A stretch of 56,782 nt of DNA, filler included, from Circinaria calcarea (lineage: Eukaryota): NCBI GenBank assembly GCA_051942165.1. It is 5 parts of 5 records of this genome, joined end to end, with 100 filler letters (N's around TTAATTAATTAA, not from the genome) between each part and the next. Parts side by side here need not be neighbours in the genome. Positions count along the whole stretch, not along the records: positions 1 to 11,294 come from JAVECS010000693.1; positions 11,395 to 22,677 come from JAVECS010000694.1; 3 more parts are not named here. One strand, written 5' to 3'. The position numbers were made by a program, and so were the translations under genes. Below are positions 1 to 12,267 of the stretch, piece after piece (the first letter of the stretch is position 1; each line of letters opens with the position of its first letter). Under the pieces are notes generated by a model. The model saw only the letters and a list, made by a program, of their open reading frames with translations. It had not been told where the DNA came from and did not search any database.

Positions 1-600
1 TCAAAATATATTTATTACCCATCCCCATCCCCATCCCCATCTCCATCACATCAACAAAGGGGAACTTGAACTTGAACTTGGGGGCATGTCGGCGCATGTC
101 GGCGTCGCATCACGCATAATTTTTTAGGAAAAATATTCCAGTATTCTATTCTATTCTATTCTATTGAATTCTATTCTATTGAATGGCGTCCCAATTAATA
201 TACAAAACTTTGGGGGTCTGTCAGTCAGTCAGTTCTGGTTCGGGGGGAAGGGGGGGGAGGGAACAATAATTAATTCCATGAGCGAGTGATGTTTTTCAGA
301 CACCAACCAGCAAAAGGTATTTCTATTCTCTGTTTAAACACTAAAAAAAATCAATAACTGGAACTCGACTTAGAACCGGTAAACTAAACCAAACCGAATC
401 GAATCGAATCAAATCAAATCAAATCACAAGGATCCAAAAACACCCCTATCCTGCCTGCTCCTCCGCATCTGCTAGCAAACTTCTTCTCCCACATCAAAGC
501 TCAAAAAGCCAAACGTATAATGTTTGAGAATCACCCCATCCCACCAAAAAAAAAAAAAAACCAAACCGAACCAAGCAAATTTTCTACATTCCTCAGGGTT
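1..600. repeat. Low-complexity / microsatellite-rich stretch
   Basis: Short tandem arrays (CCCCAT)n at ~17-46, (GAACTT)n at ~62-79, (ATTCT)n at ~143-180, (AATCG/AATCA)n at ~397-425, poly-A at 546-560. Confidence 0.8.
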
Positions 601-1016
601 TGTCACGGCAGATTATGAATGGATCAAGGAATAGAATAGATTGATTCTATGACTGTCTATTCTGAGGTTATGTAGCCCCGCAGGCCCGCCTGCTCCTTCC
701 CATAAAAGGGTTGTGTGTGATCTCCGCAATAAAAGCAGGAAGAGCGTGCCAAAACAGAGGTTGGGGGGGGTTGGGAGAAATCGCAAAAGGGGCATTTAAC
801 TCCCCCTTTCTTATGGTTGGGGAAAAAAAACTAGAAAAAGACAGAAAGTTCAACTGGATTCTGACTGAGAAACGACTCAAGGTACTTGTAAAACTTAAAA
901 TCCAGATAGATAGCTTACCGTTTTCGAAAATGTAAAAAAAATCTATACAAAGATCCCAAAAAATAAAAATAAAAACTCCCAAAACTCCATGCTTACCTAA
1001 AAGAAGGTCCTCCTCC

Positions 1017-4000
1017 TCATACCTCCCTTTCCTTTGCCTTTTCCTTTCTCTCCCGTCCGCTCCTCGACTTCCTCCTCCTCGTAAAAAGATCCTTTTCGCC
1101 ATCCTCTTCTCTCTCCGAGCTCGGCGAAGATGACGATAGTCTGTAGCGGCTCTGCCCGTTCGGCCTCGCCGACTTCGAGCTGTCGGGGATATCCAGCTTC
1201 GTTGAGCTCTGCGGAGGCGACTTTAATTTGTAGATGCGCTTCTGCCAATTCGGGATCGGGCTATCCGGGATCGTCGCGGGTCTCCGGGGAAAGCGACGCT
1301 TCTTGGCTAGTTTTGATTTCGTTTGAGGAGACTCGGGCTGCTGGGACGATTCCTCTTTGGCGAAGAGGGGATGTTTGTCGCACCAGACAATCCGCCTGCA
1401 CTCTTTGGTCAAAGCACGATATCGTATCTTTCGGCGTGCGTACTTGTTCTTCAGCGCGGTCCACTCGTCCACGAGACCGTTGTACTCGGACGCTAGCTCG
1501 CGGTTGAGGCCGTGCAGGTCAACATAGTCGCGCGTGATGTTGACGTGCGTGATGCTCGGTGCGGGCGGGGTATCCGGGACATTCAGCGCATCTGCGACTG
1601 CGGTTTCGGATATGGCATTGAGCCGTTTGCGGAATCTCGTGTTTTCGTTGATGAGACTGTTGTTCTCGGTCACGAGATTACTGTAGTAGGGGTCTTCGGG
1701 GACGGGCCGGTTGTTAATTGGGGGAGCAACGACACATCTGATACGGCCCCAAGAGTCGCGGGAGACAATGGTACCGGGAGGGAAGGGACTTCTGGGGACT
1801 TCCATTTCTGGAGACGCTTTAGGGCTTTGGGCGCCTTCAAGAACTGCCGGTGATGCCTGAAGATCCAGGGTGCCTTCAACGGCTGCTGGTGACCCCTTAG
1901 GGGAGACCATAGTAGATTGACGGCGGGGATTTGGACGGCCACGGTCTTTGAGCGCGGTGACTTCTTGTTGAAGGGCGGTTTTCTCTTGTTTGAGAGTATT
2001 ATTCTCGAATCCGAGCTCTTGGAAGGCGGCACGAGCAGTTTGGTATTTGGTTTCGGCGGCATGACTGGCGGCGACGTAGTCCAGAGCTTGCTTTCGGAAC
2101 GTGGTGTCTTGGGTATCGAGTCTGTCTTGCAGATCAGCATTATCTTTTTGCAGAGATGTCACCTGAGCTGTGAGATTAGCGAGTTCCTCACAGCATTTGT
2201 CCAGGGCTTTTGTAAGGCCAGCACACTTGCTTTTGCAGTCGGGGTTGGAAGGTGAAGGGGGGTTTGGTAGAGATGGGGATGGAGCCTTTTGGTGGGTCTT
2301 CTCGGTGGTGACCTGTTCCATTGGCTTAAAGAAGCTAGCGATGATGCTTTTCCCTTTATGTGCGATACTTGTTTCCTTTGTGGCTACGGAGACGATTCCC
2401 TCGGGCAAATTATCTGGCTTTTTCAGGTGCGCCTGCATTAGCTCATCTTGCTGCTGCAGATATAGCCAAGCATGATCGATGTCGTGACTTACCGCGTCAA
2501 TCTCGTTTGAGTAACGGGTGTGTAATGCCTTGAGGTCCTTCCCCGCCTGTATGTCGCGCTCTCGGATAAAGGCATTGTTGGGGCCCGTCAGCTTATCCTG
2601 CTCAAGAATCGTCGCGGCACGATAGATATCTTCATCTACCGCTTTAATTTCTTTTTCATAGCACCTATGCAGCATGAGAAGGTCTCTTTCTGCCTGGGCA
2701 ATGTGTTCCCTGGCGAACTCAAAATCCGGAGACCGATCTTGTAAAGATGCTACCAGTCTGATTATGATAGCGTTGATGGAGCGTTGGTGCTTTCTCCACC
2801 TATGGCTTAGCTCCTGATCCTTGAGCTCTCTATTCGCCTTCTCGTGCTTGTATATGCTGGTTGAGAGTCCCCTGAGTTGTTTGTGCGATGTGGCAATCTC
2901 GTTCATTAGCTCCTTAATCTCTTCTCTGCATGATTCGATTTGCTCTTCTAGCTTTGCAATCCTTTTAGCTTGATGTTCAGCCTCCTGTCGCTTGTCCTTG
3001 TATGAAACGCCAAATTCATCATCGGCTTTAGCATTTGCTGCTACTTCGATGAGTCTGTTCATTTCCTCTCCTTGCGAATCAAGCTGTTCCGTCAGTTTCT
3101 TAACTTGCTTAGCAAGCTCATTCTTCTCTACCGTCAAGTCAATCCAGATCTGTGAACCGGATTTACTTGACGGCTTCCCTGCTCCGGTGTATAGATCCCG
3201 GAGTGCGTCAAGTTCCTGTCTAAGACCCTCTGCCATCTCCTGGAAGCGGCGAGTGTTACCCTTTTCTTCTACAAGCTTCTTCTCGAGTTTCTTGCCGTGG
3301 TTTCTGCATATTTTTAGCTCCTTGTTCGAGTTGTCGTTCCGTAAATCTTTTTGGGTTGGTCCGGCTTGCTGACTGTGCTCGAGCTCTTCCGCAACGTTCT
3401 TCATGGATTCTCTAAGCAAGTTACCAGTCTCCTTCTCCCTTGTGAGATCGCTTTCCGTCGCTTGGAGTTTTCTGAGAAGGCCTTCACAGTTCTTCCTGTA
3501 GCGCGCGATGGACTGGTCTTTCGTATCTTGCCTGTTCTTTTCAGTTCGTTGAGACTCTTGTTCCTTTTCTTCAAGCTGCTGTTTCAGAACACCATTTACA
3601 TGGGTCAGCCCCCGATTGTCACGCTGCAGGGTCCTAAGTCGATCGTTGAGATCAAGGACTTCTCTCTGTGACTGTGCGGAAGCGTTTCCCTCATCCGCGA
3701 GCTCTTTATCCTTTTCGAGATCAGCCACTTGTGTCAAGAGTTTAGCAATAGTATCCTGCGATTCCGCAAGTCTCTTCTCGAGGTCGTTGCTGTGCTCCTC
3801 GCACTGTCTAAGGTCTTTCTCCAAATCATCATTTTTGAGCTTAAGTTCACTGATCTCTCCCTCCTGTACTCCATTAGTGGCCTGTACACTTTTCAGTAGA
3901 CTATCTTGGTCTTCAAGCTTTCGCGTGAGGTCGTCTCGAACGTCTGAAATCTGATTCTCAAGACCTTGACGGTGCTTTTGGCAAAGCTCCAGCTCCACCT

Positions 4001-4850
4001 TGAGCTGTCCAACCCTGCTTTCGAGTGTCTCAACTTCGCTATACAACTTTTGGTTTCGCTTTTCAACAAGATCTTTTGACAATTCCACTGTTCCGAGCCG
4101 GGCGAGCTCATTTTGCAAATATTTGTTTTGAGCCTCGAGCTCTGTTTGATCATTTTTCTTAGCCTCGATGTCCTTGGCGAATTGTCCCCAATTACTCACT
4201 TTCTTGTCCTCATCGAGAAGATTCAGTTTAGCAGTAAGAGCCGCAACTTCGTCCTCGAGCTCATCATTTCGGCTACCTAAGCTTTCGTTTGCTTCCATAG
4301 CCTCGAAAAGTTTGAAATCAGTGTTGTTATAATGCGCCTTCAAGGCGTTGTGCGTCTTGATGGGTGGGATGAAATCTCGTATCGCTCTAACTAGCGATGG
4401 GGTGTCAAATTCTTCCACCTCTCGCAGCTCTTCGATTGTTTGTCCTAAGTCTTCGATAGCGAGCGGAGACGCGGAGTGCCTTCTTCCAGGAGTTGGAAGG
4501 CGTTCTGTCTGGGGAGTTGCAGAGTGCCTTCTCTGGTTCCCTAGACGCCTTGGGGAGTTGAATTCAGGTATTAGCACGGGACCTAACTTCTGGCGGGCTC
4601 GTTCGAGTTTCTGAGCGTAACTCTGTTGAAGCGTAAACGGGGGGATGTACATTTCCCAGATGGCTTTTCTGAACGACTGATGGAAGGCAGGCCATATCGG
4701 AAGAATGGGGTGTGCCGAGGATGTGGGAACAGAACTCTGATTGACGGGTAGTGGAGTTGAAAGTGGTGAACTGGGTGGTGCTGGTCGTCTAAAACGGGTT
4801 ATTGCAGCATTCCTGGTAGGATCAGCTGGGTGGTACTCTGGGTAAACCAT
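1017..4850 (-). CDS. Large coiled-coil protein, 1277 aa, function unknown
   Basis: Uninterrupted 3.8-kb ORF. Long E/K/Q/L heptad-rich central region with Pro/Ser-rich disordered ends. The extreme C-terminus lies in low-complexity sequence and may be unreliable. Confidence 0.8.
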   Translation of the reverse strand: MVYPEYHPADPTRNAAITRFRRPAPPSSPLSTPLPVNQSSVPTSSAHPILPIWPAFHQSFRKAIWEMYIPPFTLQQSYAQKLERARQKLGPVLIPEFNSPRRLGNQRRHSATPQTERLPTPGRRHSASPLAIEDLGQTIEELREVEEFDTPSLVRAIRDFIPPIKTHNALKAHYNNTDFKLFEAMEANESLGSRNDELEDEVAALTAKLNLLDEDKKVSNWGQFAKDIEAKKNDQTELEAQNKYLQNELARLGTVELSKDLVEKRNQKLYSEVETLESRVGQLKVELELCQKHRQGLENQISDVRDDLTRKLEDQDSLLKSVQATNGVQEGEISELKLKNDDLEKDLRQCEEHSNDLEKRLAESQDTIAKLLTQVADLEKDKELADEGNASAQSQREVLDLNDRLRTLQRDNRGLTHVNGVLKQQLEEKEQESQRTEKNRQDTKDQSIARYRKNCEGLLRKLQATESDLTREKETGNLLRESMKNVAEELEHSQQAGPTQKDLRNDNSNKELKICRNHGKKLEKKLVEEKGNTRRFQEMAEGLRQELDALRDLYTGAGKPSSKSGSQIWIDLTVEKNELAKQVKKLTEQLDSQGEEMNRLIEVAANAKADDEFGVSYKDKRQEAEHQAKRIAKLEEQIESCREEIKELMNEIATSHKQLRGLSTSIYKHEKANRELKDQELSHRWRKHQRSINAIIIRLVASLQDRSPDFEFAREHIAQAERDLLMLHRCYEKEIKAVDEDIYRAATILEQDKLTGPNNAFIRERDIQAGKDLKALHTRYSNEIDAVSHDIDHAWLYLQQQDELMQAHLKKPDNLPEGIVSVATKETSIAHKGKSIIASFFKPMEQVTTEKTHQKAPSPSLPNPPSPSNPDCKSKCAGLTKALDKCCEELANLTAQVTSLQKDNADLQDRLDTQDTTFRKQALDYVAASHAAETKYQTARAAFQELGFENNTLKQEKTALQQEVTALKDRGRPNPRRQSTMVSPKGSPAAVEGTLDLQASPAVLEGAQSPKASPEMEVPRSPFPPGTIVSRDSWGRIRCVVAPPINNRPVPEDPYYSNLVTENNSLINENTRFRKRLNAISETAVADALNVPDTPPAPSITHVNITRDYVDLHGLNRELASEYNGLVDEWTALKNKYARRKIRYRALTKECRRIVWCDKHPLFAKEESSQQPESPQTKSKLAKKRRFPRRPATIPDSPIPNWQKRIYKLKSPPQSSTKLDIPDSSKSARPNGQSRYRLSSSSPSSEREEDGEKDLFTRRRKSRSGRERKEKAKEREV

Positions 4851-5294
4851 TCTCTCCTTCTTACGGTTGTTACTTTCAACCTTGGATCTAATTTAACGTC
4901 TCTTGCGGTAAATGTTAGTTAAAATACTGAACAAATGGGTAGTATACCTAATCGGATCACAGAATCAATCTGTTATATAGCTTGCCAATAGGGGACGATG
5001 TGTAATTGGTGAAAAATTGGAAAAGTAATCTGAGATTTCATGGATGTGGTAATAACAGGCTTATAAGGGATTGTGTATCCTTTGTCATCGTGACAATGAT
5101 GTTGACATCAAAGCGTAATCTTTATCTTGTGGTTCGAACAAGGTAAACAATGAAACATTAAGACAAGAAACTTCTTTATCAAGCATTTTTAACCCTTTCC
5201 CGAAATAACAAAATTGACGAGTCGACCGCATGTATAGGAAAGGTCTTCCATAGAATTTATACTTAGCTCTAGAATATCCGGATACACGCCCGCA

Positions 5295-6302
5295 ATGTCC
5301 CTCGAAAGTCCCCTTAGGAGTGAAAATCGAATACGTTGCCAAATGTTCACCCATCCAGGTCGAGATAGCAAGAAGAACCGTTCATCCCCAACGGTTCCAG
5401 GAAGAAAGAAAAGGCATCACAAATGTCATTTATGGTCTGCTCGTGGCTGCACAGATTCCGGTGAACGACCTATTTGATATATATGCTGGACCTAATTATC
5501 TCAAATGGACCATCTCGGAAGACCTAGTATTCGAGAAGAAGAGGAATGCCGAGGACAGGTTGAAACCCACCATTATTTTGGCTTCGAAATTATATCCAGA
5601 ATACTGCAACCGGATGCTGAGGGTCTCCAAGAAACTGTGGGTGTACTTGATGTAGTCGGGACTCAATTTGACCTTATAACAAACAGATCAACAGGCTTGC
5701 ATGTCCATGTCGGAAACGGACACAGGGGATTTCCCATTTCAACTATCAAGAGGCTAGCAGCCCAGCTCGTTACCGGCTTTGAGCGCATCATCCACAGCAT
5801 TCATCCGGATTACCGACTTGAAGGACGTAAAGTATCGCGATTGTGCCGGCCTCCCTCGGAGAGCAAGTACCTCTGGATCTAGAATCCTTTTGAGAAGATA
5901 CTTTGTATTGAGGAAGCCGGTGAGTTGGAAGGATTTCTCGAGGTAATGAATCCAGGAAATGTCCCGGGCTTTCGCATATAATGTTCAGAATCTCGATCCT
6001 TGGGAGATATCTGAAGTAAGAGCACTGAGTTCCGTCAGCACATGGGTAGTACAGATGCTACCCAGATCACCGCCTGGATCGAGTTCGTGACCGCATTGGT
6101 GAGCTTTAGTCACGAAGTATCCTCGGCCCAGCATATCGGAATATGCATGATACATATGACTGACGATACTTTTTCGGTTCTAGATCTCATGAGACTCATC
6201 TGTAAGAAATACCCGGTTGACTATTACTGGGACAAGCTTTACATACGACAGCGACCTGAGAATATAGTAAATTGGACAAAGATGATCAGAAACATCTCGT
6301 GA
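5295..6302 (+). pseudogene. Disrupted putative amidoligase (Amidoligase_2-like COOH-NH2 ligase family)
   Basis: Family-type motifs occur in order across frames: LGVKIEYVA, WTISED/xSI, GFEIISRIL, STGLHVHVG, EFRQHMGS...AWIEFV. Frameshifts near 5310, 5525 and ~5970-6020; in-frame TAG at 5880. Confidence 0.7.
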
Positions 6303-6683
6303 TGCTATTTGCTTGTACACAGGATAGCTGACTGCGGAGAGATGAAAAGAAATTCTGAATAGTAATAAGATGCAAACCTTGGAGTCTTGGATCGTCAACT
6401 TCTTGTCTGGGCCATGTTCCAGTCCGCATATGATAACCGAATATTAGTTGATCATTCACTCAAGTGAGATTTCTTTATAGATTCAACAAAGCATCCCACC
6501 ACTCATGAAACAAGTCATGTAAAACAAAGAATTCTGTACCTGATAGTGGCATAGGTGTTGGTTTACATGTTGTGCTAAAGCTCGCCAGGACTTTTCGCTA
6601 CTTCAAATTAATCACTCACCGTGATAGAACAGTATTACAAAAAAGCGATGCACTGTAAGACCAGTCAAATTTTCCGTATAATT

Positions 6684-8134
6684 CTAGTGATACCCTCCGG
6701 GATTATCAAAGATCTGCTGAGGGGAATAACGTTGGTGGGAAGAGTGCCCCTCAGGAATACTACCGTATGTACCTGTGCGAGTGTCTTAGCCTTCTAAATT
6801 GAGATTGACGTCGGCTTAGAACGGAATATACCTTGCTGCCTTCCCACTTTCAATCCTGCACTCATTCCATACCCACTAACGCCAGTTTTACTGGAGCTAT
6901 TCCCATTGAGACCACCAAGTGGACGCCTTTGGGCGGGTGTCTGGGTTTGCGAGGTTCCCGTTGCAAGTGCACCTAGGCTACGAACTCCACTGGTACCCTG
7001 CTGAGTAATGGTTTGCGTTGGCTGTCCAAGTCGTGTACGGTGCAAGGATGGTGTCATGTTCACCTCATGATCTAAGCCGCTTTCCGTAAGCATCAGCCTA
7101 GGCGTGTCAGAAATTGTACTTACGGGAGCCAGGTGCGTGGGCGCTATAGCCTTGCGCTGGACGCTGGATCGGCGGTGGCATCAACCGCCCACTGCCTACG
7201 CTGCCATTACTTCCATCCCTTTGGCGGTTATGTTCCTCGGGGTTGCCGTCCAGAGCAAAGTGCCCTGATGTAGCTTGGCCTCGATTTACAGGCCGTAAAT
7301 GAGTGCCGTAAGACGGACGGTTGTTACCTACATGAGCTTGATTCCCAGTTACTGACTGCAGCACTTCGTCGACCGTGTCATATGCAGCTGATTGGGTGAT
7401 AGCGGTCATCTCCTTCCTCCTTACTTTATCGTATAGTTCTTGGGTCTGTTGATGTTTTCGGGCTTTCTCACGGTAAGCAGCGGCGAGGTTCGCGTTCTCT
7501 GTTTTCAGTTTGTCTTGGTCGATTTGCATAGCTATAGGACCGTCAGCTGGGCGCATTCAAGGTTCCTGAGTGAGACTGCAGACTGGTCAACCTCTGATTT
7601 AGATTATCGATCTCAGCATTAGCATCATGGATGATCTTATCCATCTGCATGCTCAGTTTTGCGTATTTATCCGTCCAGGTTCTGGCAAGATACTCCTGAT
7701 AAACGCTAACTTGGGTCAGCCGAAGCCAAAGTGCAGATACCAAATTTCCCTGCACATTTCTTGCGTTGATTGGTAACTCCAAAAGGCCAAACCTCTACCT
7801 GCACATTCCATGATGGCGGTCGGACTTAAGCCACTGAGAACACTAGTTTTGTAGTCCTCGCTGGGATTAAGCTGAGTTGACACAGCATCGTCGGGGTTGG
7901 CAAGGACGGTTTGGCATGCGGGACAGACTCGTTGTCCGCCAGTTGGGTTCGAGAGGCCGAGATCATTCGAACAGGGAATGCAGAAGATGTGGCTTTGGGG
8001 AATCCCTTAGCGATGTGATCCGAGAAGAGGTTCGCTGGCTCTTCTCTCGTCTCTTACCTGCATGTGGTCACAACTGCCCTCTCTGTCAGCGGCACACGGC
8101 ATTTGAGAGAATTACAGCGTAGAGAGAAGTCCAT
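6684..8134 (-). CDS. HEI10: Meiotic RING E3 ligase HEI10/CCNB1IP1 homolog, multi-exon
   Basis: Spliced N-terminus MDFSLRCNSLKCR...AVVTTCS|HIFCIPC...CPACQT...LNPSEDYKTSVLSGLSP, then a coiled coil (DKIIHDANAEI...YREKARKHQQTQELYDK). Intron 1 is 8057-7993 (GTAAGA...AAG). The later exon boundaries and the stop are approximate. Confidence 0.85.
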
Positions 8135-8789
8135 AGCTCCAGATTGTGATGAGAGAGACGAGGCTAAGTTCACTTCAATAAGGACGTCGTGGGTAATGGA
8201 AGATTTCCAAAACAACAAACGGTGGGGTCTTGGAAAGGAAGGAGAAACGTCGGCTACTGTCAACAATGCCGTCATGGCGGAAATGTATGGGCCATATAAT
8301 ATTCGTGAGTATAGCAACAGTGGATTTGAGATGGATGGCGTATAAGTGGAGTAATTCTTCCATGATAGACCTTCGATTATGGCTATGCACGTCTTGGCAG
8401 TAGCAGCGAAAGCTGTGTCTAGATCTTTGCACAAGGGAGGTAAGGGAATGTCAGCCAAGGAAAGGCGGGCGTATGGATTGACAGCATCCGCCTTGATACC
8501 ACTTCAAGACCTGGGATTCTGAAGCTATATATGCATTTAACTCGCGTGATCCATACGGAGTCTCGGAGCATCAAGCAGACACAGCAGTAACAAATCCCTA
8601 GTATACCCTCAGTCTCTACAGAACGAAGCTGAGAAAACCACGCGGTTAGGAATGACAGGCCCAGACCCTTTGATTCGGCAGTCAAGAAAGCCACTAAGCC
8701 CTATCCCTGTTGTGTATAACATTTCTGTCTTGTCGAGCACAACTGAACTCTTCGCCGCGGGTCAAGCGCCCCCCAGCGTCCTCTTAATT

Positions 8790-10107
8790 ATGGCTGTTTC
8801 TAATCAATCCTCGACCGTACCTTCGCGGACATCCACCCCCAACCCAATCTCGACGCCCAACTCCCGCTTCACCTCGCAAGCCTCTACGGCCGAGGACCTG
8901 CTAAAATCTCAGACGGTAGGCTTAGTCCACCTCTCCGACTTTCGCAAACGCCGCGCCGAGGCTCTCGAACAGAAAGAACGCGAAGCACATAACCGGAGCC
9001 TTGGGCGCTTCACCCCAGCCAGCGGATCTGGAGCTGTGACTCCGAGCGACGGGTAGGTAATCGGTGGGAGGAATTGAAAGAGAAGCCAGGGCTAACGGTC
9101 AAAGCACAGTGCCTCGACACCGCAACGGCCGTCGAAGAAGCAGCGGAAGAATGTCGCAAAGGGGAAGTTGTCCTTTGGGGTAGATGGCGAGGAGGAAAGC
9201 GATGTGACGGACTCGAAAGCGCCCACGCCCAGGTCGGATTCCCCAGCCAATGGCGCGACGGAGAAAGCAGCCCCCACGCCGGACGACGGTGACATTCCTC
9301 CAAAAAGACGTCTTGGGCCGAATACAAATGTCACCATCACCCCCAAAGCCATGACGAAATCCGCTCTGCTCAGGGAAGCGCAGACGCGGGAGCAACTGCG
9401 CAAGGAATTCCTATCGCTCCAAGAAGCCGTCAAGGCTACGGAGATTCTGATACCCTTCGTCTTCTACGACGGGACCAACATACCGGGCGGGGTCTGTAAG
9501 GTCAAGAAAGGAGACTACATATGGGTGTTCCTCGACCGCAGTCGAAAGCTTGGGGCAGAACTCGGGGTCGGCGCAAGCGGAGAGAAAGCCAACAGCAAAC
9601 GAGAATGGGCAAGAGTTGGTGTCGATGACTTGATGCTCGTGAGAGGCGAGGTCATTATACCGCATGTGAGTAAATCACGCTCACGGGAGCATTGCTCCGG
9701 CTAACCTTTTTCGGTACCAGCACTACGAATTCTACTACTTCATCGTCAACAAAACCCTCGGCCCCAACTCCGCCCCTTTGTTCCCTTACACCGCCCAGCC
9801 TCCCAGCCTCCCCTCTCGCTCCAACACCTCATCCCCATCACCCGATCTCGTAAACTACAATCCTCTCTCCCGTCCCTCCCAGAGTTCCGTGTCCAAAAAA
9901 TCAAATAACTTTTCGGCGAATTCCTCTGATCTCGGCCTCGAAGGCTACAGCGACGACCCGAACTTGACGAAAGTGGTGGACAGGCGATGGTACGAGCGGA
10001 ATAAACACATCTTTCCCGCGAGCGTGTGGGAGGAGTTTGATCCGGCGAAGGATTATTCCAAGGGAATGAGAAGGGATGCGGAGGGCAATGCATTTTTCTT
10101 CTCGTAG
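8790..10107 (+). CDS. XAP5: FAM50/XAP5 family nuclear protein, 3 exons
   Basis: Motifs EDLLKSQTVGLVHLSDFRKRR, IPFVFYDGT, DDLMLVRGEVIIPH|HYEFYYF, TKVVDRRWYERNKHIFPASVWEEFDP. Introns at ~9053-9108 and 9666-9720. Confidence 0.9.
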
Positions 10108-10554
10108 ACCTAGAGGGCATTGGAGAAAAACCAATAAAGGAGCAGGACAAAATCAATCCGCTTAAAGAACATACCCAACAAGCCCTTCCCTCTCTTCTAG
10201 GATCGAAAATCATTTAATCAGAGTGACCTTTCGCCCATAAAAAATCATTTCATCCCCTACGGAAGTTATCTACCAAGACATGAATCCCCCGCGCGATCTG
10301 GACCAGATCACTTCATCGGTCCAGATCATACTGCCAATCGACCCTCTCTCCACCCACACCAGAAGAGAACCCTCTACGTAGACTCCGCCGCCTCCTCCTT
10401 GTGCAGAACAACTTTTGACCTTTGCCTTGGGCAGCTCGGCAGCCCGGCAGCATGTTTCTACCTGGATATATCAAATCGAATCAGAGCGGCAATTTTCCGT
10501 GTGTCCTACCAAGGATTCGCGGTTCGCTGGCTTTGAGGGAGGAAGGGTAGTAGC

Positions 10555-10605
10555 TCTGGGGATATGGATATGGATAGGGGTGTGAATATGGGTATGGGTA
10601 TGATG
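10555..10605. repeat. Degenerate hexamer microsatellite (GGATAT/GGGTAT)n
   Basis: ggatatggatatggatag...gaatatgggtatgggtatg is visible directly. Confidence 0.7.
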
Positions 10606-11294
10606 AGAAGGGATAAGAAATGGTTACTTGGTAAGCTTTCAGGAGATTTGTGGAAGGGGAAAAGGGGTTCGATCTTTTTTCCCCCCCACAGCGCTCCTGC
10701 ATGTCTGTCTAGGGACCAAAGTTGGTACTCCTGACTTTGGGAATCCACTTTTTGGAAACACATCTAGGAGCGAGGAGATATCTAAGGGGAATTGGGGATT
10801 CGTCGAGTATCTATCCCACCCCGAGTAAAAAGGAAACTGCCCAAGATCTAGATACTCTGCTGGCCATTTCTACTTCCCCTGATTGAACTGCATACTATAC
10901 CCCCCCGTGCCCGGGTCCTGGTTCAGCTGGAACATATCCGTCGAGAGCCCAAAGGGCTTCAAGATGCCATTCCCCAGCTACAGCGCAACACCGATTCAGC
11001 TCCAATCCTAGAAGCAACAACACGGATAAGCTAGAAAAATAGCGAGGAACTCACCTCCTTCAGCTTCCCCATCATCTCGCCCATTTCCTTTTCCTTGGCC
11101 GCACTGATTCGGAGCGGTAGTGTCGACAGAGCCCGGCGGACGACGGTCATGTCCAGAGCGGGTAGATTCGGCATTCGGGCGAGCTGTTTGTAGTCTGGTT
11201 TGTGGAACCGTAAGCCCCTGCGCGTTTGTTTGTGGGCGTCTTGGATGGGTGTAGTTTTCCATCCTCACCTTCCTCCGCCCCCGCCAAATTCCCC

Positions 11295-11394
11295 NNNNNN
11301 NNNNNNNNNNNNNNNNNNNNNNNNNNNNNNNNNNNNNNTTAATTAATTAANNNNNNNNNNNNNNNNNNNNNNNNNNNNNNNNNNNNNNNNNNNN
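11295..11394. other. Artificial scaffold spacer (N44-TTAATTAATTAA-N44)
   Basis: 100-nt N run with a central all-frame stop linker, identical to the other three spacers. Confidence 0.97.
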
Positions 11395-12267
11395 GTGGAG
11401 AGGGAGGGAGAGGGAGAGAGGTTGAAACCTCAGCAAGGATGGTTTGGTATTCTTGAGTAGGTTGGGAAAGGGAAAGCAAAAACCGATGAGGTTGAGAGAG
11501 ATATGGGAGGGGAGGACGGTGGTTGGGAAAGACTAGGATTGGAGAAGTTATGAAGGAGAAGGAGGAGAGGAGGAAGAGGGAGAGGAGGAAGGGGGAAAGA
11601 GTGTATTTAGTAGTATTGACTTTTTTCTTCGTTTACGGGCTCGAATTCTCTACAAGGATGTATTTGAGTCTCTGTGGTTATTGGGGGGGTCTTAAAGCCG
11701 GTGCGAAGCAAAAACAACCGAGTACAGCAAATGGGAAGTTAGGGATGGGACGACTAGGATTAGAAAAGTTTTGAACGGAAGGAAGGAGAGGAAGCAGGAG
11801 TGGTTCATGTCATATGACAGCCAAAATGCTAGCCAAAGCAATAATAACAAGAAACTTTTCTTTTGGTTTTCGTACCTGAACCTCTGGAAAGCTAGCGTGA
11901 GTGTCAAAGACAAGGGGTACAAGTACGAGTACCGATAGCGACAGTGGATATCACCAAAAATAAGAATAAACCGAAGAAAGAGAAATACACGCTGAAAAAC
12001 GCCCCAACTGATGCGTATCCGCTGCTATCCAAAAGCCGTACAAGCGGGTACACCGTCCGTAATCCTACATGATGCTGGTGGTACACGAAATACCGGTCGT
12101 AACGTCGTTTGCCCATTTGGGCCTTGTTTTTGGAGAGAACGGAGAGAGATAGGAAGAAATGGAAATGTCAAGTCGTAGGGTTGCTTTAGGAATTGGTGGG
12201 ACAACACTTAGGAGCACATGGATCGACATTGTGAAGCCGACTGGAGCTAAGGTTGGATAAAGAAAGG

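Noticed and set aside
613..1102. ORFs downstream of the coiled-coil gene
   Set aside because: They derive from homopolymer-rich low-complexity sequence.
10296..10328. GATCTGGACC/GGTCCAGATC inverted repeat after XAP5 as a terminator
   Set aside because: Hairpin terminators are not expected for Pol II genes, and a single 10-bp stem can occur by chance in 57 kb.
11339..11350. TTAATTAATTAA palindrome repeated four times as a biological motif
   Set aside because: Always centred in fixed N runs; it is an assembly linker.
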